Shown here: positions 55,963-64,000 of the stretch, one piece after another
How positions within the stretch are numbered: position 1 is the first letter of the stretch
Layout: every line of letters begins with the position of its first letter
Assembly (NCBI GenBank): GCA_016932785.1
Contig: JAFGCJ010000002.1
Span: 337,777-401,776 of the forward strand
Length of the DNA: 64,000 nt
From: Candidatus Dojkabacteria bacterium
GTDB taxonomy: Bacteria > Patescibacteriota > Dojkabacteria > SC72 > JAFGCJ01
Direction of reading: 5' to 3'
Program-made: the position numbers and the translations under genes
The notes under the pieces: generated by a model
Told to the model about the DNA's origin: nothing
Database searches by the model: none
The model's input: only the letters and a program-made list of their open reading frames with translations

Positions 55963-57152
55963 TCGCGTATCACTTTAGCAGACCTTCTTCCCCTGTCAAA
56001 TTTTGCAAGCTCAGTCTCAAGGTACTTTCTGAAGTTCGTAATAAACCTCTTCTTTCCAAAATTAACAGCATGCTTTCTCATCTTCGTCCGATCCCAGCCC
56101 TTTGTCCGATCTACATGAGCAAACTTCTCAATAGTATCCACCAGATCATGGACCGTATGTCTGTAGAAGAATATTCCATTTGCCTTAGATCTGTATTTTT
56201 TACCAACAGGAGGATTTACCGGTATTACTGTTTCAAGAACTCCCCCAGCTGCATAGGCAATAACTGGAGTCCCCGAAGAAATAGCCTCAAGCGGAATAAT
56301 TCCAAAATCTTCGACTCCTGGAGAAACCAACGCTTTTGCTTTTGCATAGAGATCCCTAAGTTCTTCGTCCGACTTCCATCCAAGAAATTCTATATTTTCT
56401 TTTGCCCGCCTCATAAAGAGCCTTCTATACCTACCATATGAACCTACAATCTTTAGCGGTAGTCCTAAGCGATTAAATGCTGAAATTGCAAGATCTACCC
56501 TCTTACTTGGTTCAAAAGTTGTAACCATTAAATAGTAGTCTTCTTTTTGGGCATAAAGCTTATAAAAATCAGTATCAACTGGCGGATAAATTACAACTGA
56601 ATCCCTTCTATAGATTTTCTCAATTCTGTCAGCGACATGTTTTGAATCAGCAATAAATTTATCTACCCTGTTAGACGAGATAACATCCCACATGCGTAGA
56701 TAATTAAGCTGAGGAGCAATAGCCATCCTCTGCCAGAGAGGAAGTGTACTACTTTCACCAAAATACTCATCATACATCTCCCATGCATATCTCATTGGAG
56801 TATATGAATACGAAACATGTAGCACACTGTGCGGAACAATTACTCCCTTTGCAACACAAGAACTGCCACTTAAAACAAGATCGTAGTCCCTAAAATCAAA
56901 CTGTTCGATTGCTGTAGGGGCAAGGGAAAAAAAGTATCTGTAGAATTTTGACTTAAAAGGTATCTTCTGAAGAAACGTCGTGAAGATCTTATGACTTTCA
57001 ATCTTACTGGATACACTTCCCTTAACATGAATGAGAGTGTATATATCAGCCTCAGGAAAAATATCACAAAAACACTCCAGACATTTCTCTGCTCCCCCCA
57101 TTCTGGTAAGCCAATCGTGAACAAGAGCAACTTTTAATTTTTTTATTTCCAC
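55959..57152 (-). CDS. Glycosyltransferase family 4
   Basis: 397 aa: LKVALVHDWLTRMGGAEKCLE and SPGVEDFGIIPLEAISSGTPVIAYAAGG. Paralogous in pattern to 18883-20022 and 19991-21121. Confidence 0.85.
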   Translation of the reverse strand: MEIKKLKVALVHDWLTRMGGAEKCLECFCDIFPEADIYTLIHVKGSVSSKIESHKIFTTFLQKIPFKSKFYRYFFSLAPTAIEQFDFRDYDLVLSGSSCVAKGVIVPHSVLHVSYSYTPMRYAWEMYDEYFGESSTLPLWQRMAIAPQLNYLRMWDVISSNRVDKFIADSKHVADRIEKIYRRDSVVIYPPVDTDFYKLYAQKEDYYLMVTTFEPSKRVDLAISAFNRLGLPLKIVGSYGRYRRLFMRRAKENIEFLGWKSDEELRDLYAKAKALVSPGVEDFGIIPLEAISSGTPVIAYAAGGVLETVIPVNPPVGKKYRSKANGIFFYRHTVHDLVDTIEKFAHVDRTKGWDRTKMRKHAVNFGKKRFITNFRKYLETELAKFDRGRRSAKVIRE

Positions 57153-57238
57153 ACCGTCTTACTACGAAGTTATTTGTAGCTTTAAGGTATTTTACAACAA
57201 CTTTTTGATAATTTCATCCCGGAGTATTTTATAATAGG

Positions 57239-57943
57239 CTAAACCGTTACTACCCGACTCGAAGATTTTATCTTGCTCTCTTTAATCTTTCCCACAATAA
57301 AGTCGACAATAAGGATAGATACGCCCAAGAAACACAATCCTAGTCCCAAAAAGAAAAACTTGTTTTCAAAAAGACCAACACCCGGTAACTTTTCTGAATC
57401 GTCGGTAGTGGATGATGGTATGCTAGAAACTACACTATAGGTACCACCTTGTGGACGAGACTCTAATATGTTTTCAGGAGGACTACCCGTATCTTTTACA
57501 TAGGACTTCCACTCACCATCGGTCCCATCAAATTCGAAGTTTAAATTGACAGCTCCTTCGACAGACGGCCTAAATGTAAATCTGGCAAAAATTCCTGAGC
57601 TACTTTCTGAATTGTAATAGGGATCAAGACAGAAACCAGTAATCTTGATCCACCCATTTTCATTGTCAACGGCATATTCATCCTCAGGATACTGACAGTA
57701 TAGATCACCATGCTCGGCTTTAGTAACCTGGAGTTTGTTCGGATCAAATCGTATTACAGCTCGTGCAGTAGTAGTATTATTACCATCGGTATTAAGCATT
57801 ATATCAACAGCAAAATCCTTAGTTAACACAGCATAACCCGAGGAAGGATAAAGCCGCACATCTACAGCAGCAAAGGCGGGAGTCACCGCAACCCCCAGCA
57901 ACATAAATAAACTAACACAGAAGACCAACAATGTTTTTCTCAT
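57239..57943 (-). CDS. Secreted cohesin-domain-like protein with C-terminal membrane anchor
   Basis: 234 aa. Signal peptide MRKTLLVFCVSLFMLLGVAVTPAFA. VDVRLYPSSG...FAVDIMLNT...ARAVIRFDPNKLQV...GIFARFTFRPSVEGAVNLNF resembles the cohesin pattern. The C-terminus has LPGVG, then a hydrophobic helix, then a basic tail. Confidence 0.5.
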   Translation of the reverse strand: MRKTLLVFCVSLFMLLGVAVTPAFAAVDVRLYPSSGYAVLTKDFAVDIMLNTDGNNTTTARAVIRFDPNKLQVTKAEHGDLYCQYPEDEYAVDNENGWIKITGFCLDPYYNSESSSGIFARFTFRPSVEGAVNLNFEFDGTDGEWKSYVKDTGSPPENILESRPQGGTYSVVSSIPSSTTDDSEKLPGVGLFENKFFFLGLGLCFLGVSILIVDFIVGKIKESKIKSSSRVVTV

Positions 57944-58044
57944 AATACCAATTCTATTCCGATGGAAGATAACGAGTCAAGCTACCTCCAAAAACAACCT
58001 ATTAAACAATATCTCTCCCTATAATTATAAGCACAAGGAATCTT

Positions 58045-59766
58045 TCAGTTCATTGAATGATAGATCCCAAAATCTGCCTCCGCAACTTCAGAAATACCCC
58101 GATAATCTTCAATCAAATCTTCAGATGTCTTATTCTGAGGTTTAACCAGAAAAGATCTCTCACCAATAGAACGTTGAACAATCCCCCCAAGACTGGAATG
58201 GATTTGATTCTGTCTAGAAGAACTCACCCCCTCATTGAAGGTAACAATAAAAGGCTCCATGGAAAATTTGTCCCTAATGGTACGCCAAAGTTCCGTTCTA
58301 CTTCTATCATATCCCAGTGCCCAAATGCCTATACCTCCCAAGTTTTTTGCGTTTACAAAGTCATATTTTGCACCAAGACTATTCGGATCATCGTAATATC
58401 CCTGCCAGTACTCAGGACCACCTGAAGGATCAGGCCAGCGATATCTATACCAGGTAAGTTTCTCCCCACTATCCCATTGGATTGTAGAGCTGTTGTGCCA
58501 GGCATCATACTTCGAGTCCACGACATTTCCATAGGTTGAAATCGCACCGTCTGCTATTACTGTTGCGTTTTTATAAGGCCAAGTACTACCACTTACTGGG
58601 AATTCAAGACCGTAATAAGGAACCCCCATTAATATCTTGTACCCGCGAGTCAGAGCAGCTATATCATTCATCGACCGGGAAACGTTGTACCAGTACTGCG
58701 CTCCGTAAAGAGGAGACTCCGGTCCAGCCATCTTGCCGCTAAAGTATGAGGTAGAATGAAAATCATATGACATCACCATTATATGATCCACTGAGGTTTT
58801 TCCCAAAGCATTGACATCATATAGAAGAGGATTTATACCCGATGTCGCAAGAATATCAACGCTTACATGCGAGCCAGGCCGTGCGGCATGAACTCTATCC
58901 GCGATTTCATCGACAAAACCCGCAAACCTCAGACGATTGGTTGAACTCGCTGTACCGATATACTCAAAATCTATGTTCACTCCGTCAGTATTTTTTGCTT
59001 CCATTTCATAGATGATATTATCTGCCAAACGATCGATAGCTGCAGGATTTGCAATTAACTGCTCAATACTAGGTTTATCAAAGTTTTTAATCGTCATCAC
59101 AACTTTTGTACCATTAGCATGAGCCTCACTTATGATATTTCTCATTATCTGACTGTTCCATCCTTCCCACCCGGATTTGTCTCCGCAAGAACTTTGACCA
59201 CCAACGCACACTTTAACTAAACTCCCATCTGGAAAACACGCAACCGAGAAATATGCTAGTACGCTAAGTTTATCCATTTGAAAATACTGCGAGTAAGAGT
59301 CAATTACCCAGTAAGGAGCAAATCCAAGTACTGTCTTTTTCAGATTTGTATTCGTCGGCGGAGTATAGGCACTAAAATCCCTAACTGAGGCATCCCGAAC
59401 TTCACGGTCATTTACCCCATCAAATTGATACTCTTTATCAGAATAATAGTCACTTTCAATTTGATGAACAGTCGTGGCGGGGTTCACAATAGGAACTCTT
59501 AAGGAAGCAACATCTGAATCAGATTTCTCACTAGTCTCACCTATCGAGCCTTCAACCGATTCACTTGATTGCTTATGGCCTTCAGGTTCTGTCCCGAGCT
59601 CCTGAGATGAATCATCGTTTGAAAATCCGCTTCCTATTTCCGAATCAGTAATTCTTATCTCATCATACGAACCTAAATTTGCATATACCAATACAGACAC
59701 CAGTAATGTCGAAAATGCTAAAACCATAACTAACCAAAAACGTCTTTTTAACACAGAATTTTTCAT
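58045..59766 (-). CDS. Glycoside hydrolase family 18 (chitinase-like) with C-terminal subtilase-prodomain-like domain
   Basis: 573 aa with an N-terminal signal anchor. The GH18 catalytic motif DGVNIDFEY (DxxDxDxE) is encoded at ~58960-58986. The C-terminal 70 aa are PFIVTFNEGVSSSRQNQIHSSLGG...EDLIEDYRGISEVAEADFGIY. Confidence 0.85.
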   Translation of the reverse strand: MKNSVLKRRFWLVMVLAFSTLLVSVLVYANLGSYDEIRITDSEIGSGFSNDDSSQELGTEPEGHKQSSESVEGSIGETSEKSDSDVASLRVPIVNPATTVHQIESDYYSDKEYQFDGVNDREVRDASVRDFSAYTPPTNTNLKKTVLGFAPYWVIDSYSQYFQMDKLSVLAYFSVACFPDGSLVKVCVGGQSSCGDKSGWEGWNSQIMRNIISEAHANGTKVVMTIKNFDKPSIEQLIANPAAIDRLADNIIYEMEAKNTDGVNIDFEYIGTASSTNRLRFAGFVDEIADRVHAARPGSHVSVDILATSGINPLLYDVNALGKTSVDHIMVMSYDFHSTSYFSGKMAGPESPLYGAQYWYNVSRSMNDIAALTRGYKILMGVPYYGLEFPVSGSTWPYKNATVIADGAISTYGNVVDSKYDAWHNSSTIQWDSGEKLTWYRYRWPDPSGGPEYWQGYYDDPNSLGAKYDFVNAKNLGGIGIWALGYDRSRTELWRTIRDKFSMEPFIVTFNEGVSSSRQNQIHSSLGGIVQRSIGERSFLVKPQNKTSEDLIEDYRGISEVAEADFGIYHSMN

Positions 59767-59799
59767 TAATTAAGCTGTTACATTGTAGCACATATTTAA

Positions 59800-59808
59800 T
59801 GTTATAAT
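59800..59808 (+). promoter_or_regulatory. Extended -10 (TGTTATAAT) 11 nt upstream of the uppP ATG
   Basis: TGTTATAAT-GTGACTCTATT-ATG, with no Shine-Dalgarno. Confidence 0.45.
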
Positions 59809-59819
59809 GTGACTCTATT

Positions 59820-60599
59820 ATGGTATACCAAGAGTTTGCCTACACACTAATTGCTGGAATTATTCAGGGAATAACAGAAGTATTACCGGTATCAAGTTCT
59901 GGACATCTCATAATCGTTTCTGAGATTTTTGACCATAGCCTCACTCTATCTGAAATTGCAGTTCTTCATCTCGGAACTCTTGTCGCAATTATTATCGTGA
60001 CAAAGGACAAATTTAAACACCTAAAGAACCCTAAGGTTCTTTTTAACATTCTATTGAGCATAATACCTGCCGGAGTCATCGGTTTTTTCTTTGATGATTT
60101 AATAGAGGAGACTCTTCATGGCATCCTTGTTATCACATTATCCTTGATATTCTGGGGTATAGTTATGATCCTAACAGACCAAAGAACTAAAAAGTCCAAA
60201 TTCAAGATTAATGAAATAAATGAAATTACCCCCAAAGAGTCTATAATTGTGGGGCTAGGACAGTGTCTAGCTTTTATCCCCGGAACATCAAGGTCAGGTA
60301 TAACAACTCTTTTCGGCATATTCAGCGGTATTTCCCCCGATACGGCACTAAGCTTTTCATTTCTTAGTGGGATTCCGCTTATAGCAGCTTCCGGATTTTT
60401 CTCAGTTATAGACATGATTTCTGAGAAGGAAAACACTATGAATCTACCCTCCATACTTATTGCCCTTATTACTTCCCTGGTAACCGGAATTATAGCGGGA
60501 ATTCTGCTAAAGAAGTTCATAAAGAAAGGTATTCTTACTGTCTGTGGTGTCTACAGAATAATTCTTGCGATAGTACTATTTTCAGTATTCCTTCTATAA
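59820..60599 (+). CDS. uppP: Undecaprenyl-diphosphate phosphatase
   Basis: 259 aa with the BacA/UppP motifs GITEVLPVSSSGHLII and PGTSRSGITT. Confidence 0.9.
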   Translation: MVYQEFAYTLIAGIIQGITEVLPVSSSGHLIIVSEIFDHSLTLSEIAVLHLGTLVAIIIVTKDKFKHLKNPKVLFNILLSIIPAGVIGFFFDDLIEETLHGILVITLSLIFWGIVMILTDQRTKKSKFKINEINEITPKESIIVGLGQCLAFIPGTSRSGITTLFGIFSGISPDTALSFSFLSGIPLIAASGFFSVIDMISEKENTMNLPSILIALITSLVTGIIAGILLKKFIKKGILTVCGVYRIILAIVLFSVFLL

Positions 60600-62237
60600 A
60601 TCAGAATCTCTTGTCAAGAAAGGAAGAAGATCCATACCTGTCATATCGCTTGTCGGCTGCAAGCCAAGCATTGAGAGAATAGTAACACCAACATCAGCAA
60701 GAATCCCACGTTCTACAGCTCCTGTTCCTGTTCCAATTTTGACTGACTTCTCAGCCGGAGGAAATACCTTCATTCCACGTCCGACTACAATAGGAACTGG
60801 ATACAAGGTATGAGCTGTATCAACAGCTCCTGTTAATTCATCAATCATGACATCACAATTACCATGGTCGGCAGTAACCAGGAATTGTCCTCGCATTTCA
60901 ATAACCTTCTGAACAATATCTCTTACACATTGATCGACAAACTCAACTGCCTGTACTGTTGCATCGAGTACACCTGTATGCCCAAGCATATCAGGATTTG
61001 CAAAGTTAACCAGGACAAAATCATAAGAACCAAGACCAAGCCTGTAAACAACCTCATCCCTTACAATTTCAGCACTCATCTTTGGGGTCTCAGAATACAG
61101 TTTAACCTTAGGCGAAGGAATACTAAAGAATTCTTCTCCCTCGTTTGGATCCTCTCTTCCGCCATTAAAGAAGTATGTCACGTGAGCACTTTTTTCAGTT
61201 TCAGCAATATGCAGCTGAGTCATCCCGGCAGAGCTTAGTACCGAAGAAACAGTAGAACGTATATGATGCGACTTGAACAGGACCTCAACAGGAAGATTCT
61301 CTTCATAACCCGTCATTGTAAGAAAGTGCAGATCCTTCACAAGCTTTTTCCTCTTAAATCCATCCCATTTGTCTAAAACAAAAGCCTTTGTTATCTGTCG
61401 CGCCCTATCCTCACGATAGTTGTAGAAAATTACAACATCTCGATCCTGCACAGGACCTACAGGAATACCATCATCATCAACAATGGTTGTTGGTTTGAAC
61501 AAATAATCATCCTCACCCTCCCTATACGCTTGCTGCAAAATCTCCATAGAGCTTTTGGCTTCCCGCTCCCCCTTACCCAGCATTGCCATGTAAGTAGCTT
61601 CCGTCCTCTCCCACCGATTATTTCGGTCCATAGCGTACCATCTCCCTGACATGGATGCTATTCTGCCTACTCCCAGATCCCGAATTTTCGCGTTGAGCAT
61701 ACTGAGGTAAACATATCCGTCTTTACTATTCGTATCTCTCCCGTCAAGGAAAACATGAATGAACGGATCTATTTTTCTCTGGGCACATATCTTCATTAGC
61801 TCAAAGAGGTGCTCTATATGACCATGCACACCACCAGCACTAAGTATTCCCACTAAATGTAGATTAGTTCCTCTCTTCCCCACCTCCTCCATAGCATTAA
61901 CAAGACTAGGAATATTGGCGAACTTGCCTGTACGGATAGAGTCATTAATCCTGGAAAGACTCTGATAAACTATTTGACCTGCACCAATATTAAGGTGGCC
62001 AACCTCCGAATTTCCCGGATTACCACGTGGAAGTCCGACCTCGTTACCAGAAGCCTTTAACAATGCATGAGGGCAACGGGTCCACAATGAGTCAAGGGTT
62101 GGAGTATCTGCAAGTAAAACAGCATTACCTCCATCTCCATCCTTAATGCCGAGACCATCTAGAATTATCAAAACACACGGCTTCTTCTTCACTGTAGTTT
62201 TATGACTTTTGATTGAGTTTGTAACATCCGAGCTCAC
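60594..62237 (-). CDS. gpmI: 2,3-bisphosphoglycerate-independent phosphoglycerate mutase
   Basis: 547 aa: VLIILDGLG, SEVGHLNIGAG, GILSAGGVHGHIEHL, NFANPDMLGHTG and TADHGN. GTG start at 62237. Confidence 0.9.
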   Translation of the reverse strand: MSSDVTNSIKSHKTTVKKKPCVLIILDGLGIKDGDGGNAVLLADTPTLDSLWTRCPHALLKASGNEVGLPRGNPGNSEVGHLNIGAGQIVYQSLSRINDSIRTGKFANIPSLVNAMEEVGKRGTNLHLVGILSAGGVHGHIEHLFELMKICAQRKIDPFIHVFLDGRDTNSKDGYVYLSMLNAKIRDLGVGRIASMSGRWYAMDRNNRWERTEATYMAMLGKGEREAKSSMEILQQAYREGEDDYLFKPTTIVDDDGIPVGPVQDRDVVIFYNYREDRARQITKAFVLDKWDGFKRKKLVKDLHFLTMTGYEENLPVEVLFKSHHIRSTVSSVLSSAGMTQLHIAETEKSAHVTYFFNGGREDPNEGEEFFSIPSPKVKLYSETPKMSAEIVRDEVVYRLGLGSYDFVLVNFANPDMLGHTGVLDATVQAVEFVDQCVRDIVQKVIEMRGQFLVTADHGNCDVMIDELTGAVDTAHTLYPVPIVVGRGMKVFPPAEKSVKIGTGTGAVERGILADVGVTILSMLGLQPTSDMTGMDLLPFLTRDSDL

Positions 62238-62355
62238 CGTCTAATGAAGATACTTCATTAACATCAAATTGTCCAGAATCCAGATATTCTCTTATATTAA
62301 TTCCTGTATTTCGGATGATAAATGCTGTCGATTGAGTTATACTTCATAGTGAATT

Positions 62356-63450
62356 ATGGATAGCAAAATTTCAGAACTCAAAAAAAGAATAGCCCAGATA
62401 GTAGACTCTCTTGACATAAATGGGCTCAAAAATAAGAAAGGTGAACTCCAAACAGCTTCCATGGAGGAGGATTTCTGGAATAACCAAACTAGAGCTCAGC
62501 AGATTCTGCAGGAAATAAGTCAGATAGACGAAATAGTGTCAACAATAGAACAGCTTAAAGAAGAAATAAGTACAATTGAAGAGCTCTGGAAACTGGCACA
62601 AAAAGATGAATCCTCAGATAAAACCTTAATGGAAGGAGATTTAAAGGAACTTGAAGAGAAACTGAAAAAGTTTGAAGTTCTAAGATTTCTTTCAGATAAA
62701 TATGACAAGAAAGGCGCCATTCTTTCCGTATATGCAGGACAAGGCGGTACAGAAGCAAATGACTGGGCTGAGATGCTTCTCAGAATGTATCTCAGGTATG
62801 CTGAAAAGCAAGGTTGGAAGGCTGAGATAACACACAAAATTAAGGGTGACGAAGCTGGAATAAGTACGGCAACAGTTATAATCGAAGGCAAATATGCCTT
62901 CGGAATGCTAAAACATGAAAAAGGAACCCATAGACTAGTAAGGTTATCTCCCTTTAATGCCCAAAACCTCAGACAAACATCTTTTGCAGGAGTCGAGATC
63001 CTTCCGCTATTTGACGAAGATGACTCAAAGGAATTCGATATCAAAAGTGATGATATAGAATTTAAAGCCGTACGTTCAGGAGGTCCTGGAGGGCAGTATG
63101 TAAATAAAACATCAACAGCTGTAACAATTACTCATAAAGATACTGGAATAGTCGTCCAATCATCAGAGCATAGAAGTCAACACCAAAACAAACAAGCAGC
63201 ATTACAGATGCTTAAAGCAAAATTGTGGGAACTTGAGGAAGAAAAGAAAGAGAAAGAAAGAAAAAGAATTAAGGGAGAATACAAAGCTGCTGCATGGGGA
63301 AACCAGATAAGAAACTACGTTCTTCACCCGTATAAACTAGTAAAGGATCTAAGAACGAATGTCGAGATAACAGACCCTCAATCGGTACTAGATGGTAATC
63401 TAGACGAACTAATTGAAGCCGAGATCTTAATTGATAAGAATGAAAAATAA
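62356..63450 (+). CDS. prfB: Peptide chain release factor 2 (single uninterrupted ORF, no programmed frameshift)
   Basis: 364 aa. GGQ motif SGGPGGQYVNKTSTAV and the RF2-specific SPF tripeptide (RLSPFNAQN). The reading frame is continuous from the ATG at 62356. Confidence 0.95.
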   Translation: MDSKISELKKRIAQIVDSLDINGLKNKKGELQTASMEEDFWNNQTRAQQILQEISQIDEIVSTIEQLKEEISTIEELWKLAQKDESSDKTLMEGDLKELEEKLKKFEVLRFLSDKYDKKGAILSVYAGQGGTEANDWAEMLLRMYLRYAEKQGWKAEITHKIKGDEAGISTATVIIEGKYAFGMLKHEKGTHRLVRLSPFNAQNLRQTSFAGVEILPLFDEDDSKEFDIKSDDIEFKAVRSGGPGGQYVNKTSTAVTITHKDTGIVVQSSEHRSQHQNKQAALQMLKAKLWELEEEKKEKERKRIKGEYKAAAWGNQIRNYVLHPYKLVKDLRTNVEITDPQSVLDGNLDELIEAEILIDKNEK

Positions 63451-63469
63451 ACTGTCCAAATAACACGCT

Positions 63470-63498
63470 TTGAATTTCACTTTTCCAAATGGCATAAT
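63470..63498 (+). promoter_or_regulatory. Promoter with extended -10 upstream of ftsE
   Basis: TTGAAT (63470-63475), then a 14-nt gap to the TG motif (17 nt to the CATAAT hexamer), then TGGCATAAT (63490-63498), 9 nt before the ATG at 63508. Confidence 0.45.
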
Positions 63499-63507
63499 AC
63501 ACTAGCA

Positions 63508-64000
63508 ATGGTAAGTTTCAAAAAAGTTACAAAGATATACGAGCCCGATATAGTAGCATTAAATAACGTTTCATTCGAAATTGAGGACGGGGAATTTATG
63601 TTCATAGTTGGCCCATCAGGTGCAGGAAAATCTACACTTATCAGACTTCTTATCAGACAGGAACTTCCAACCGAGGGAGATATTCTTTTCGACGACATAG
63701 ATGTCGCAAAGATTTCCAAAAAAATGCTACCGGTTTTCAGACAACACATTGGTGTCGTGTTTCAGGATTATAAACTTCTCGATACTAAGACAGTCAGGGA
63801 AAATATTGAGTTCGCACTAGAAATTACCGGAAAACCCGACGAAGAGATACAGGACACAACAGAGCGGCTCCTTGAGGTTGTTAGATTAAGCGACCGGGAT
63901 TATCTTTTTCCACCCCAGTTGTCTGGAGGTGAAAAACAACGAGCAGGAATCGCAAGAGCTCTCGCAAATGACCCTTCATTTCTCATAGCGGACGAGCCTA
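63508..64000 (+). CDS. ftsE: Cell-division ABC transporter ATP-binding protein FtsE, 3' end cut by window edge
   Basis: Not in the ORF track (no stop in the window). My translation: MVSFKKVTKIYEPDIVALNNVSFEIEDGEFMFIVGPSGAGKSTLIRLLIRQELPTEGDILFDD...LSGGEKQRAGIARALANDPSFLIADEP. It shows Walker A, the ABC signature and the start of Walker B. Confidence 0.9.
   Translation, partial: MVSFKKVTKIYEPDIVALNNVSFEIEDGEFMFIVGPSGAGKSTLIRLLIRQELPTEGDILFDDIDVAKISKKMLPVFRQHIGVVFQDYKLLDTKTVRENIEFALEITGKPDEEIQDTTERLLEVVRLSDRDYLFPPQLSGGEKQRAGIARALANDPSFLIADEP

Noticed and set aside
62520-63044. 174-aa Ser-rich minus-strand ORF
   Set aside because: It is antisense to prfB, and its low-complexity serine-rich product is typical of a shadow frame.
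1-64000. Alternative genetic code (UGA read as an amino acid, as in some CPR lineages)
   Set aside because: Long ORFs are intact under the standard code. Several well-supported genes terminate at TGA, and an RF2 gene with the SPF motif is present.

Overview
AT-rich, very gene-dense bacterial chromosome segment with about 60 CDS and 2 tRNAs. I see no rRNA, CRISPR array, transposase or integrase. The genetic code looks standard: TGA terminates ORFs and RF2 is present. Housekeeping anchors are secA, recO, orn, prfB, ftsE (partial), gpmI, uppP, dgkA, a four-gene 2-oxoacid:ferredoxin oxidoreductase cluster, tRNA-Lys(CUU) and tRNA-Val(CAC). Most of the rest is cell-envelope biology. (i) Two loci encode huge secreted Fn3/Ig-repeat proteins ending in M23 peptidase domains: 2,418 aa at 6128-13384, which also has a terminal HExxH domain, and 1,055 aa at 30043-33210. 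Each is followed by membrane-tethered small proteins. (ii) A ~23 kb glycan-assembly island (34.6-57.2 kb) and a smaller one (15.2-21.1 kb) together hold ten GT2/GT4 enzymes, a PglC-like initiating transferase, a GtrB-like polyprenyl-phosphate-sugar synthase, several GT-C-type polytopic membrane proteins, a Wzx-like flippase and an uncharacterised 1,000-aa membrane protein. (iii) Secreted hydrolases include an S8 subtilase with six unrecognised Cys-pair aromatic repeats, a GH18 with a subtilase-prodomain-like C-terminus, and a cohesin-like protein. Non-coding highlights are an orphan promoter-to-terminator structured RNA candidate (~25205-25323), a 40-aa Lys/Arg-rich ORF, a G+C-rich islet with a 20-bp inverted repeat, and recurrent extended -10 boxes only 6-11 nt upstream of start codons, which suggests leaderless mRNAs. 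The composition, scarce Shine-Dalgarno sequences and gene content fit a Patescibacteria/CPR-type episymbiont, but that is inference only. The best candidate for an undescribed system is the operon of the dual-peptidase megaprotein plus three tethered partners (3882-13384) and its smaller paralogous module (30043-34191). All calls rest on reading the ORF translations and the DNA by eye; no database search was possible.
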